A stretch of 64,000 nt of DNA. Origin: a bacterium (lineage in GTDB: Bacteria > Zixibacteria > MSB-5A5 > GN15 > FEB-12). Of the stretch, positions 9,439-19,167 are shown piece by piece. The notes below the pieces were generated by a model. That model had not been told where the DNA came from. It saw only the letters and a list, made by a program, of their open reading frames with translations, and searched no databases. The number at the start of each line of letters is the position of its first letter. Within the stretch, counting starts at the first letter, position 1. A program made the position numbers and the translations under genes. The stretch spans positions 49,382 through 113,381 of the forward strand of contig JBDRNJ010000009.1 in assembly GCA_043811375.1 (NCBI GenBank). Reading direction: 5' to 3'.

Positions 9439-12087
9439 ATGACCCAACAGGATGACAGCGACAAGACCCGGAACCACATCGCCCTGACTAAGGGCACGAT
9501 GGTTTCTCATTACCGCATCGTTGAGAAGATCGGCGCTGGTGGGATGGGGGAGGTCTATCTGGCCGAGGATACCAAACTCAATCGCAAGGTGGCGTTGAAA
9601 TTCCTGCCGCCGCACCTGTGTCGGGACAAAGATTGCCGGGCGCGATTCAAGCGCGAGGCTCAGGCCGCTGCCAAATTGGATCACCCCAATATTGTCACCA
9701 TCCATGAAGTCAATGAGTACCAGGGGCGACCGTTCTTTGCCATGCAGCACCTTGAGGGAGAGTCATTGCACGATCTGATCAAGGGTAAGGAGCTGCCGGT
9801 AGACAGGGTTATCGGTCTTTCTACCCAGATTTGCGACGGGCTGACTAAAGCTCATCAGGCCGGTATAACACACCGCGATATTAAGCCATCCAACATCGTC
9901 ATAGATGCCGATGGCCGACCCCGGCTGGTCGATTTCGGACTGGCTGCCATCAAGGGTGGCGAGCAGCTTACCAAAACCGGATCGACGCTGGGCACCGTCT
10001 CCTATATGTCACCCGAACAGGTGCAGGGCAAAGAAGTTGACCACCGCTCCGACTTGTTTGCTTTTGGTGTCGTGCTTTACGAATTGATCTGCGGCAAGCG
10101 TCCGTTTGAGGGTGACAGTGAGACCGCCACCATGAACGCTATCAACAACCTCCCGCCACAGCCGTTGTCCAGATACCGTGCCGATGTGCCTGATGATTTA
10201 CAACGCATTGTATCGAAACTGCTGGAAAAAGACCCCGGCCTGCGTTATCAGAGCGCCGACGGTGTAGCTGTCGATATGCGACGGCTGGTTGCCGGCAGTA
10301 CGACCGGTGTCATGCCTGCTGCCGCTAAACCGCGATTCAACAAAGTCCTGGTTGGTACGGTCGTTCTCCTGCTGGCGGTGATCGTGGCAGGGACTTTATA
10401 CAAGCTGCTCGCACCCGAAAGAAAAGACGCAGCCGAGAGCAAAAAGATGCTGGCGGTGCTGCCGTTTGAGAACCTGGGCAATCCGGAAGATGAATACTTC
10501 GCTGATGGTATCACCGATGAAATCACATCTCGGTTAGCCTCAGTTCATGTCCTGGGCGTTATATCTCGTACCAGTGCCTATACCTTCAAGAACTCCGAGA
10601 AAACTCTCCCGGAGATAGCTCGCCAACTGGGTGTAGACTATATCCTCGAAGGCACCATCCGCTGGGACAAGACCGGTGATACTGACCGGGTGCGCATCAC
10701 ACCGCAGCTAATAAGAGTTTCCGATGATCGTCACCTGTGGGCTGATAACTATGAACGGGATCTAACCCAGGTGTTTACCGTTCAGTCGGAAATCGCCGGT
10801 CATGTTGCTGCTGCGCTCAATGTCGCGCTGGGAGAACCGGAGAGACTGCGGATTGAAACCGAGCCAACTACGAATGTCGAGGCATACGTTTATTTCCTGC
10901 GTGGCAGGGAGTACTTTGAGCGAGGCGGGCAGCGTAATTGCGACGAACTCGCTATCAGAATGTGGGAACGGGCGATTGAGCTGGATTCCTCGTTTGCCCT
11001 CGCCTATGCATGGCTGGCTCGAGCACATTCGTACTCATACTTCAATTGGCCGGATAAAGGATCAGGAAGGCTGGAACTGGCCAAGAACGCTGCGGAAACT
11101 GCCCTCCGTCTGAGTGACCAAAGCGCGGATGGTCACATGGCGATGGGATATTACTATTACTACAGTAACAGGAATTACGATCGCGCTCTGGAGCATTTCC
11201 TTCTGGCATTGAGAGAGCAGCCGAATAACAGCGATCTACATGGGGCAGTGGCCTATATTCAGCGCCGGCAGGGGAAATGGGAAGAAGCACTGGTCAGCCT
11301 GCGGAAAGCCGCCAGGCTCAATCCACGTTCAGTTGAGCTAGCGGAGAACCTTCAAATCACAGCACTTTTCTTGAGGCGATATACGGAAGCCAAACGATAC
11401 TTCGATCTGGGTCGCCAGATCGCACCCGATGACAAACGTCTCTATGATTTGGAATCCTGGCGGTGTATAACGGTGAATGGTGATACACGACAAGCCCGCC
11501 AGGTGCTGGAAGAAGGCCGGCGTCTGGTAGGACCGACCCTCCTGGCTGAGGAATTCGAGCTTCTGGACATGTACGACCGCGACTTCGAGTCCGCCTTAGG
11601 CCATCGGCCTTCCTCTGATGCGGCGAGCCCGGACGATGACTTTGATTATTTCCTCTTCAGAGGGTGGCTCTATTCGTTCATGGGTAGGCGCGCAACCAGT
11701 GTTTCATACTTCGATTCAGCGAGGGTCAAATACGAGCAGGCTGTTGCTCAAGCTCCTGACTTCGCCTACCATCGCTCACGCCTGGCTATAGCCTACGCCG
11801 GCGTTGGGCGGACTGATGATGCCATTCGAGAGTGCGAAACCGCGATGGGCCTGTTGCTGATCACAGAAGATGCCCTCTTACGACCGATGGTGCTGGCGAC
11901 CCTGGCTGATGCCTACATCCTAACGGGGAAGCATGAACTGGCTATCGAGACGCTCGATTCTATTCTCTCAATGCCGTTCGTATACAGCGTACAAACACTG
12001 AGACTCGATCCCAGATTCGACCCCCTCCGCGACCACCCGCGCTTTCAGGCACTGATCGAGAAGTATGAGAAGGAACATGGAAACTGA
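9439..12087 (+). CDS. Membrane Ser/Thr protein kinase with TolB-N-like and TPR domains
   Basis: IGAGGMGEVY, VALKFL, HRDIKPSN, DFGLA, YMSPEQ; one TM; LAVLPFENL...YFADGITDEI; TPRs. ATG at 9439 after GGAG. Confidence 0.92.
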   Translation: MTQQDDSDKTRNHIALTKGTMVSHYRIVEKIGAGGMGEVYLAEDTKLNRKVALKFLPPHLCRDKDCRARFKREAQAAAKLDHPNIVTIHEVNEYQGRPFFAMQHLEGESLHDLIKGKELPVDRVIGLSTQICDGLTKAHQAGITHRDIKPSNIVIDADGRPRLVDFGLAAIKGGEQLTKTGSTLGTVSYMSPEQVQGKEVDHRSDLFAFGVVLYELICGKRPFEGDSETATMNAINNLPPQPLSRYRADVPDDLQRIVSKLLEKDPGLRYQSADGVAVDMRRLVAGSTTGVMPAAAKPRFNKVLVGTVVLLLAVIVAGTLYKLLAPERKDAAESKKMLAVLPFENLGNPEDEYFADGITDEITSRLASVHVLGVISRTSAYTFKNSEKTLPEIARQLGVDYILEGTIRWDKTGDTDRVRITPQLIRVSDDRHLWADNYERDLTQVFTVQSEIAGHVAAALNVALGEPERLRIETEPTTNVEAYVYFLRGREYFERGGQRNCDELAIRMWERAIELDSSFALAYAWLARAHSYSYFNWPDKGSGRLELAKNAAETALRLSDQSADGHMAMGYYYYYSNRNYDRALEHFLLALREQPNNSDLHGAVAYIQRRQGKWEEALVSLRKAARLNPRSVELAENLQITALFLRRYTEAKRYFDLGRQIAPDDKRLYDLESWRCITVNGDTRQARQVLEEGRRLVGPTLLAEEFELLDMYDRDFESALGHRPSSDAASPDDDFDYFLFRGWLYSFMGRRATSVSYFDSARVKYEQAVAQAPDFAYHRSRLAIAYAGVGRTDDAIRECETAMGLLLITEDALLRPMVLATLADAYILTGKHELAIETLDSILSMPFVYSVQTLRLDPRFDPLRDHPRFQALIEKYEKEHGN

Positions 12088-12099
12088 GGATAGCACAAT

Positions 12100-14772
12100 A
12101 TGACGCTTGAGAAAGGACAACGGCTCGGGCCGTACGAAATCGAAAAGCCGCTGGGAGCTGGTGGCATGGGCGAAGTCTATCGGGCCAGGGACACGCGCCT
12201 CGATCGGACTGTCGCCATCAAGGTGCTGCCGGAACGCACCGCTATGAACGCCGATCTCCGCACTCGTTTTGAACGCGAAGCAAAAGCCATCTCCAGCCTC
12301 AATCATCCCAATATCTGCACGCTTCACGATGTCGGCCACCACGAGGGCACTGACTTTCTGGTAATGGAATACCTCGAAGGTGAGGTACTTTCCGAGCGCC
12401 TGAAGCGCAGCGCAATGGATGTGGAAGAGGGACTCGATATTGCCATCCAGATTGCCGATGCCCTCACCACCGCTCACGGTCAGGGACTGATTCACCGCGA
12501 CCTGAAACCCGACAACATTTTTCTGACCAAAGACGGCGCCAAGCTGCTCGATTTCGGCCTGGCCAAGCTACAGATATCCGATGGCGTCATTGAAGGGATG
12601 ACCGGTGTTACACAAACCTCTCCCCTGACAGGCAAGGGCGCCATTGTCGGCACACTCTACTACATGTCACCGGAACAACTGGAAGGTAAAGAGGCTGACG
12701 CGCGCAGCGACATCTTTGCTCTTGGCGCCACCCTGTTTGAGATGATCACCGGCCAACGGGCCTTTGAAGGCCAGAGCCAGGCCAGCCTGATTGCGGCCGT
12801 GATAGAACGGACACCGCCGCCGATATCCGAGGTCAAACCGCTGGCTCCCCCCGGTCTGGTTCGGCTGGTCAAGAAATGTCTGGAGAAAGATCCCGATCGG
12901 CGCTGGCAATCGGCCCGTGATCTGGCCGACGAACTCCGCTGGATCGCTCAATCCGGTTCTCAGGCCGGGGTGCCGGCACCGGTATCAAGTCGAAGACGGT
13001 TCCACCTGAGGGTGTCATGGTCCTTGTTTACCCTGGCAGGTGTGGTGGCGGTTCTGTTTGCGGCACTCTACCTGAGTGTAGAAAAACCAACGTGCAATTC
13101 GACTCGATTCTCCATTATGCCTGAGCAGCAACTCACACGAATCGAGTGGCCGCGCATTTCTCCCGATGGTCAACTTCTGGCTTTCTTGGGCACAGATTCA
13201 GTGAACACAAGGTCAATTTGGATTCGCCCCCTGAACTCCCTCGACCCGTACCGCCTGGCCGGTACTGAAGACGCCGGGCGGTCCTTCTGGTCACCTGACA
13301 GCCGCTATCTGGCGTTTTTCGTGCAGCAAAGACAGCTCAAGAAAATCGCCGTGGCCGGTGGACCGACTCAACTCATTTGCGAATACGAGGGGGTCGATGG
13401 CTCGTGGGGAAGTGACGGGACGATTCTCTTTGATTACATGTTTGATAACCCGATCATGCGAGTTCCAGCCGCGGGAGGATCGCCCGCATCGGGAACCACT
13501 CTTGATGAGAATGGTGGTGAGGCGTATCACATGTGGCCCTGGTGCCTTTCCGACGGCAAACACTTCCTCTATCTGGCAGCAGTCGATACTACGGGGCGGG
13601 GAGCAATGGTCTCAGGTGATCAAGGATACTTACTCAAGGCAGGATCTCTTGATGGCGGCATAGACAAGCAGCTTCTTCGCGTGCATTCGCGGGTGGAGTT
13701 CTGTGCGCCCGCGTATATCATTCACTGTCGCGACGGAGTCTTATTTGCTCAGCGGTTGGACATTGACAACATGGCAATTGTCGGAGAACCGATACCTATA
13801 GCCGAGAATGTGGAACTGGGGACCGACGCTTACCAATTCAGTGTGTCGAACGAAGGAACGCTCGTTTACATGAGTCAATCGGATACCGGTAACAGCCAGA
13901 TCATAGCAGTTGATCGCGACGGGAATATCCTCGACACCGTCATCGTAACGGGACAATACAACGATCTCGCCCTGTCTCCGGATGGTCGGCGACTCGCTTT
14001 CGTCAAAACCGAGCCACGAGAGAGCCAACGGGATGTGTGGATTCATTATCTTGATAGAGGATTATCTTCCCGACTCACCTTCGCGGATGCTGATGACTGG
14101 CGCCCGGTCTGGTCGCCCGATGGTGAGCGCATCGCCTTCGCATCGAACCGTACAGGCAATGTGGGAATTCATGAACGCTCGGCGAGTGGGACGGGAGATA
14201 GTCGGTTGATTCATTCGCAAGGGGGTGTGTCAGTGCCCACGGATTGGTCACGTGACGGACGGTTCCTCAGCATTCTCCAATTTCGAAACAATTACGATAT
14301 CTACTTCATTGACATGGTCGATTCAACGGATCCCCAGCCGGTACTGACAACGCCCCACAATGAGCAGTATGGAACCTTCTCACCCGATGGACGCTACCTG
14401 GCATACCAGAGTGACGAGTCCGGTCGCCCCGAGGTCTACGTGCGGGAACTTGGTGAGGCAGGTGGTAAATGGCAGATGTCGGCCGACGGCGGTTTTACCC
14501 CGCAATGGCGCGCTGACGGGAAAGAATTGTACTTCTGGAATGCAAATGACTATCTGGTAGCAGTCCCGGTGCAGCCCGACGGCCGGGCGTTCGAAACCGG
14601 CCGACCACAGAGTTTGTTCCAGCGGGTTGTGAACGCCAGTCCTGGTAGTGGGCGCAGGTACTATGATGTCACTGCAGCCGGCGATCTTTTCTACCTCAAC
14701 GTGCCAGTTGACGTTGCCGAGCAGTCGCAATTCATCGTTGTCCTCAACTGGGACTCTGAACTGGAGAAATGA
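12100..14772 (+). CDS. Membrane Ser/Thr protein kinase with PD40/TolB-like beta-propeller
   Basis: LGAGGMGEVY, HRDLKPDN, DFGLAK; one TM; repeated (W/F/L)SPDG units; ends VVLNW. Confidence 0.92.
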   Translation: MTLEKGQRLGPYEIEKPLGAGGMGEVYRARDTRLDRTVAIKVLPERTAMNADLRTRFEREAKAISSLNHPNICTLHDVGHHEGTDFLVMEYLEGEVLSERLKRSAMDVEEGLDIAIQIADALTTAHGQGLIHRDLKPDNIFLTKDGAKLLDFGLAKLQISDGVIEGMTGVTQTSPLTGKGAIVGTLYYMSPEQLEGKEADARSDIFALGATLFEMITGQRAFEGQSQASLIAAVIERTPPPISEVKPLAPPGLVRLVKKCLEKDPDRRWQSARDLADELRWIAQSGSQAGVPAPVSSRRRFHLRVSWSLFTLAGVVAVLFAALYLSVEKPTCNSTRFSIMPEQQLTRIEWPRISPDGQLLAFLGTDSVNTRSIWIRPLNSLDPYRLAGTEDAGRSFWSPDSRYLAFFVQQRQLKKIAVAGGPTQLICEYEGVDGSWGSDGTILFDYMFDNPIMRVPAAGGSPASGTTLDENGGEAYHMWPWCLSDGKHFLYLAAVDTTGRGAMVSGDQGYLLKAGSLDGGIDKQLLRVHSRVEFCAPAYIIHCRDGVLFAQRLDIDNMAIVGEPIPIAENVELGTDAYQFSVSNEGTLVYMSQSDTGNSQIIAVDRDGNILDTVIVTGQYNDLALSPDGRRLAFVKTEPRESQRDVWIHYLDRGLSSRLTFADADDWRPVWSPDGERIAFASNRTGNVGIHERSASGTGDSRLIHSQGGVSVPTDWSRDGRFLSILQFRNNYDIYFIDMVDSTDPQPVLTTPHNEQYGTFSPDGRYLAYQSDESGRPEVYVRELGEAGGKWQMSADGGFTPQWRADGKELYFWNANDYLVAVPVQPDGRAFETGRPQSLFQRVVNASPGSGRRYYDVTAAGDLFYLNVPVDVAEQSQFIVVLNWDSELEK

Positions 14773-14811
14773 CTACTGCGCTTCCAGTCACTGCTGGAGA
14801 AGTACAAGTAA
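14771..14811 (+). pseudogene. Relic 3' end of a kinase-TPR gene (RFQSLLEKYK-stop)
   Basis: 14779-14808 matches 12040-12069 at 24/30 nt and keeps the codon pattern (RFQALIEKYE vs RFQSLLEKYK). Confidence 0.6.
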
Positions 14812-14829
14812 ACTCTACCCCGCCCCGTA

Positions 14830-14858
14830 CCCCACCCGGAGTGAAACGGCGGGTGGGG
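14830..14858. terminator. GC hairpin between convergent genes (terminator or REP-like)
   Basis: CCCCACCCG-N11-CGGGTGGGG, a perfect 9-bp stem with no clear U-tract. Confidence 0.45.
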
Positions 14859-14865
14859 AGTTTGT

Positions 14866-16338
14866 CTACATCGTCTCCCCTTTCCGGGCGGCTTTAGCCC
14901 GTATCAGGGCGTAACTGAGGCTGTTGGTTATATTAAAGTTAGCCGCTTGACGGTAAATCTCCCGCGCCCGGTCAATGTCGCCTCTCCCCTCGGCAGCCCG
15001 TGCCATCAAGTAGATGTTGTACGGACTGACCTGCGAGGCCAGGGCCAGTTCTCTGTCGGCGGTGTCGTAGTCACCGTTCTCCAGGGCAATCATACCGGCT
15101 AATTGATGACCTATCTTTTCCTGATAGGGGTTGTCGATCGATTCCGCTCGAGCGGCATAGGAAGCCGCTTTGGTCGCAGCTTGATCGAGTTCTCCCCTGG
15201 CCAGGTTCACCCGCACCGAATAATAGAGAAAGGTCAACTGACTCTGGATCTTGACCGACTGCTCCACTGATGACGCTTCCGTCAGCCTGATCGCCCTAGT
15301 AAACTCGATCAGCGCTTCTTCAGGCCGGCCGGCTTCGAGAAGGATCAGGCCAATTAAGTTGAAATCATTCGACATCGCCGAAGTATCGTCTATTGCCCGG
15401 GCTATCTCATACCGCTCAGACAGTTTCCCCAGGGCTTCCTCGAATAGCCCTTCATCGATGAACGTGATTGCCATCGCCGCTATAACCGTGCGGCGCTGAC
15501 CGTCATCCTTGGCCGAATCGTAGAAGTTCTGCAATTGCCGTCGGGCGCTCTCATGGTCACCCTTGAAGCAGAGATTGAAAGCGATGCCCAGATGAGAGGC
15601 TGTGAAGTCCGGATTGATTTTCATGGCCCGGCGGTAGATATCGATCGATTCGTCAAACCGGCCGACCTTCATCAGAAGCTCGGCGTAGGAATCATATGGA
15701 TTAGGGTCGTCGGGAATCAACTTGATGTATTTCACGAAGGCCTTCTCCGCATCGTAGTATTTCTCCAGGAACCGGTAACAGTATCCCATCTGGTTGTAGG
15801 CCTGTGAAAACTCGGGATTGATCCTGATCACGCTCTGGTACGTCTTGATCGCATCATCGTATTTCTGCTGGGCCATGTAGCAGAGCGCCAGCAGGCTGTG
15901 AGCCCGTTCGTCACCGGGGTAGGCATCGACCAGTTGTTGATACAGCGTTTGCTGCTTGGCCGGGTCAGCCTCGAGATAACCCGCCTCAAGACCAGCTATC
16001 ATCAGACGCTCGCCTTCGGATACTTTATCCACCGCAGCCCTGGCTGCTTCAAGGCTCTCAAAAAACGCTCTGGCGTTCGGCTGTACTTGACAGAGATATA
16101 GATGGGCAAGTGCGAAATCGGGATCGGCGGCAACTGCCTTCTCAAAGAACTCTCTCGATTCCTGATTGCGTACTCTTTCCGACAGATCACGACCCTGCAG
16201 GAAGTACTCCCGGGCTTCACCAGATGACGTAGTAACCGGGATCTTGCTGTCCTGGCCGGCGGCAACATCTGTGGAAGCCTGAACTGACGTCCAGATAAAG
16301 AGTGCTGCCAGAGATACCACCATACGATTGGTTTTCAT
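14866..16338 (-). CDS. Exported TPR-repeat protein
   Basis: MKTNRMVVSLAALFIW signal peptide, PVTTSSGEAREYFLQG and multiple TPRs. Confidence 0.85.
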   Translation of the reverse strand: MKTNRMVVSLAALFIWTSVQASTDVAAGQDSKIPVTTSSGEAREYFLQGRDLSERVRNQESREFFEKAVAADPDFALAHLYLCQVQPNARAFFESLEAARAAVDKVSEGERLMIAGLEAGYLEADPAKQQTLYQQLVDAYPGDERAHSLLALCYMAQQKYDDAIKTYQSVIRINPEFSQAYNQMGYCYRFLEKYYDAEKAFVKYIKLIPDDPNPYDSYAELLMKVGRFDESIDIYRRAMKINPDFTASHLGIAFNLCFKGDHESARRQLQNFYDSAKDDGQRRTVIAAMAITFIDEGLFEEALGKLSERYEIARAIDDTSAMSNDFNLIGLILLEAGRPEEALIEFTRAIRLTEASSVEQSVKIQSQLTFLYYSVRVNLARGELDQAATKAASYAARAESIDNPYQEKIGHQLAGMIALENGDYDTADRELALASQVSPYNIYLMARAAEGRGDIDRAREIYRQAANFNITNSLSYALIRAKAARKGETM

Positions 16339-16408
16339 TCTTGTCTCCTTTCCACTGCGCGGACTTGGCTGTGCATCAAACCTGGCGGATCGGGGCACTC
16401 AATCTTGA

Positions 16409-16433
16409 GACGCCCCAAGTCCGGAATTGTTCA
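16409..16433 (-). promoter_or_regulatory. Candidate ECF sigma promoter TGAAC-N16-CGTC
   Basis: Motif read on the minus strand upstream of the TPR gene; same spacing as the motifs at 17483 and 63402. Confidence 0.45.
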
Positions 16434-16477
16434 AGTCCTACTCTCTAATGGTATCTCTTTTGTCCCAAATCAGAAAT

Positions 16478-16512
16478 AAAAAAAAAACGGCCGGGCCGTA
16501 AAAAACCAGCCG
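16478..16512 (-). terminator. Rho-independent terminator for the DUF4097 gene
   Basis: Minus strand CGGCTGG...CCGGCCG hairpin followed by a run of 10 T. Confidence 0.65.
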
Positions 16513-16582
16513 GTTGTATTGTCTCTGTCCTGACCTGCCGAAAAGAAGCCTCGTACAACGCCAGGAAAAAGTGACTTGTTAC

Positions 16583-17437
16583 TCACTGTCTCAAACTGGC
16601 CCGGCCGGAAGCCGTTTCCAGTGCTATCTGCGGAGAGTCACCGTCCTTGGTGAAGGTCTTGGCAACATACTTCTCGCCCCACTTGCGGAATGTCTCCTCA
16701 TTATCGAAATCAAAAGGCGAGTCGATCCGCCCCTTACGATCTCGGGCCGTAAACTCAAAAAAGCCTTTGATCGGGTTGCCGTTGTAATCCAACAGGACCC
16801 GACCGGAAGCCGACGACAGCGTCAGATCATGATCAGCCGTTTCGGCCAGAGCTACTTCCACCTTTCCGGAAGCAGTTGCAAACGAGCCGGCTTCTCTGAG
16901 AACCACGTTGACAGCATCAACATCACCCGAGGCGGTGGCGATCACGAACTCGCCGGAGCAATCTTCGATCTCAATGGTTCCCGAGGCGGTATTAAAATAG
17001 AACCCGCCGGTGCAACCGAGAACCTCTACATCACCGGAAGCGGTCTCCGAAGAAAAATCACCCGACAGGTTCTCGATAATCAGATCTCCCGATGCTGACG
17101 AAAACTCGATCTCGGTGCCGTCGGGAACGGTCAGAGTCCAGGTAGCACTGCCGTTGTTGGAGCCCAGGATATTCTCGCTGAGTCTCAACGTGTTCTTTCG
17201 CTCCCGGACCTTCGGCTTAAAACTGTCGCGAGGCGAATAGGAGTTGATTACTTCCACCTCGATCTGGTCGGTTTTGCCTTTCATTACCACACAGTCACCG
17301 CTGACGGTGCTGATCTTGATCCGCTCTTTCTTCTCAAACGTCCAATTGGTGGTCCGATCCGACCCGGCCTGGGCTGCCGTCATGAGCACCACCACCAGGA
17401 TTGCCGTCATCGTGATACTTCCGAACTTCTTCATCAA
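16583..17437 (-). CDS. Exported DUF4097 (beta-strand repeat) protein
   Basis: Signal peptide and repeated TASG/SASGD units. Confidence 0.85.
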   Translation of the reverse strand: MMKKFGSITMTAILVVVLMTAAQAGSDRTTNWTFEKKERIKISTVSGDCVVMKGKTDQIEVEVINSYSPRDSFKPKVRERKNTLRLSENILGSNNGSATWTLTVPDGTEIEFSSASGDLIIENLSGDFSSETASGDVEVLGCTGGFYFNTASGTIEIEDCSGEFVIATASGDVDAVNVVLREAGSFATASGKVEVALAETADHDLTLSSASGRVLLDYNGNPIKGFFEFTARDRKGRIDSPFDFDNEETFRKWGEKYVAKTFTKDGDSPQIALETASGRASLRQ

Positions 17438-17482
17438 ATCCTCCCTGGTCTTATTAGCATAGTTTACAGTTTTGTCAGATAG

Positions 17483-17507
17483 TACGGCGGCGCATGAGTG
17501 AAGTTTC
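17483..17507 (-). promoter_or_regulatory. Candidate ECF (SigW-like) promoter GAAAC-N16-CGTA
   Basis: Matches the B. subtilis SigW-type consensus (TGAAAC-N16-CGTA) at all but the first base; upstream of the DUF4097 gene. Confidence 0.55.
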
Positions 17508-17618
17508 GGCGGGGGAGTTCATACTACTGAATTCTTGAATAATCTCCACCTGACACAGTATATTGAAGGGAGGCCGGATGATCGGTCGTCCGGTCAATAA
17601 TCATTGAGGAGGATTGAT

Positions 17619-18041
17619 ATGCCGTTTTGCCCCAACTGCCGCTATGAGTATCGGGAAGGTATGGTCACTTGTCCCGAGTGTCATGAGAAGCTGGTACCGG
17701 TTCTTGCTGAGGAATCAATGAATAATCCCCCCGATACCGACAAACCGGACCGCGACTGGATTCAAATTGCCCGGTTGAGTTCGCGCGAGTATGCCGAAAT
17801 GGTCGTCGAAGTATGGCATGCCAGACAGATACCGGCTGTAATCCATTCCGGCACGGGACATTTCGGGATCACCGGTCAGATGGGGCCGTCGTCTTTCCGG
17901 CCAATCGGCGGCGGCTATTCACTGATGGTGCCACGTGAACATGTCGCAGCCGCTGATCGAGAAGCGGCACTTATCTTAGGAGACGAGTGGGAGAAATCCA
18001 AGCTGATAGATATCGATAATGACCCCGGAAGTACCGACTGA
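17619..18041 (+). CDS. Zinc-ribbon + DUF2007-like protein
   Basis: MPFCPNC...CPEC zinc ribbon; GAGGAGG RBS before ATG 17619. Confidence 0.75.
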   Translation: MPFCPNCRYEYREGMVTCPECHEKLVPVLAEESMNNPPDTDKPDRDWIQIARLSSREYAEMVVEVWHARQIPAVIHSGTGHFGITGQMGPSSFRPIGGGYSLMVPREHVAAADREAALILGDEWEKSKLIDIDNDPGSTD

Positions 18042-18086
18042 CAGTGATTAATCATAGCAGTTGGCGTGGAACGCACATCCTGATTC

Positions 18087-18851
18087 TCATCTTCTCTTGT
18101 ATCCTACCGTCAGCGTCAGCTTATCAGAAACCAACCAGGGATCGTCCGGCTTCTCTTTGACATACTTTTCCAAACGACGAATGCCGTCCTCAAGAGCCTT
18201 TTGCTGTATGAGTGTCAGCACGGAGGTGCTCTTAAGCCGAATAGCCTTCAGGCGGGCAGTCCCTGATGAGTACGTCCTCTGCACTAACTCAAGAGATGTC
18301 ACTTTCTCAAACCCTGCCTCGGCCAGCCACTTCTCGACCAGAGCCACCGATGGCGTTCTTACTTCATCTATCGGGACCGTCTCCGGAAAGAACGTATGTT
18401 CGACATCATCTCGAATCTGCTCGATCGCCCCATAGCGGATAAGAATCACTCCCGGCGACGTGAGAACCCGTTTACACTCCTTCAGGACATTCGGTGGGGA
18501 ATCGGTGTGGTGCAACAGGTGTGAGAGAAAGACTATATTAAACGACCGGTCACTGTATGTCAAAGATCCAGCATTCTGAAGATCCCAGGCAACCAGTCCG
18601 GAAACATCTTTTTCTCTGGCCTTGGCCAGCATTTCCGGAGAGGAGTCAGCTCCGGTTACACGGCACCGGAAACGATCGGCAATCGGCAACGCAAACCGTC
18701 CCGTTCCGCACCCCAGGTCAAGCAGTGACGATGAATTCGAGATTGAGGTATATTCCTGAATGAGCTCCAGCCACCGATCAATGTTTTCATCGGAGATTGC
18801 CCGCCCCCGGTCATAGGAGGTTGAAATTCGATTATAATCGGCTTTCTTCAT
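18087..18851 (-). CDS. Class I SAM-dependent methyltransferase
   Basis: LLDLGCGTG, GADSSPEML and RVLTSPGVILI. Start at MKKADY (18851) or GTG 18866. Confidence 0.9.
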   Translation of the reverse strand: MKKADYNRISTSYDRGRAISDENIDRWLELIQEYTSISNSSSLLDLGCGTGRFALPIADRFRCRVTGADSSPEMLAKAREKDVSGLVAWDLQNAGSLTYSDRSFNIVFLSHLLHHTDSPPNVLKECKRVLTSPGVILIRYGAIEQIRDDVEHTFFPETVPIDEVRTPSVALVEKWLAEAGFEKVTSLELVQRTYSSGTARLKAIRLKSTSVLTLIQQKALEDGIRRLEKYVKEKPDDPWLVSDKLTLTVGYKRR

Positions 18852-19167
18852 GAGTCGGTACCACACTCATCAGTCAGGAAATATCAGACATACAACGAAT
18901 ATAAGGAATCCTGCCGCGAATGCAACGAGGACACATGGGCTGCAAACTGCATCATAGTATGGCATAATTATATGGTCATTTGAATGAGCAATGTGGAAGG
19001 AACGTGTGGTGATCAATCGTACTCGAGTAGCTAACCGATATAACACCCTTGAGTTCATGTTCTCAAATCTATGGAAATCACTTGTGTCATAGTCAATTAC
19101 GGGGTATATTTGAAAACCAAGATCACCATGAAATTTATTAAACTGTCTTTATGGTGAGGAGTATGTC

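Noticed and set aside
18042..18090. Integron attC site after the methyltransferase (GCCAAC)
   Set aside because: No matching GTTRRRY core with an extended imperfect palindrome, and no integrase.
18864..18872. In-frame TGA TGA between the small ORF and the methyltransferase read as tandem Sec
   Set aside because: The methyltransferase is complete from MKKADY, a double stop is the simpler reading, and no SECIS-like hairpin was seen.
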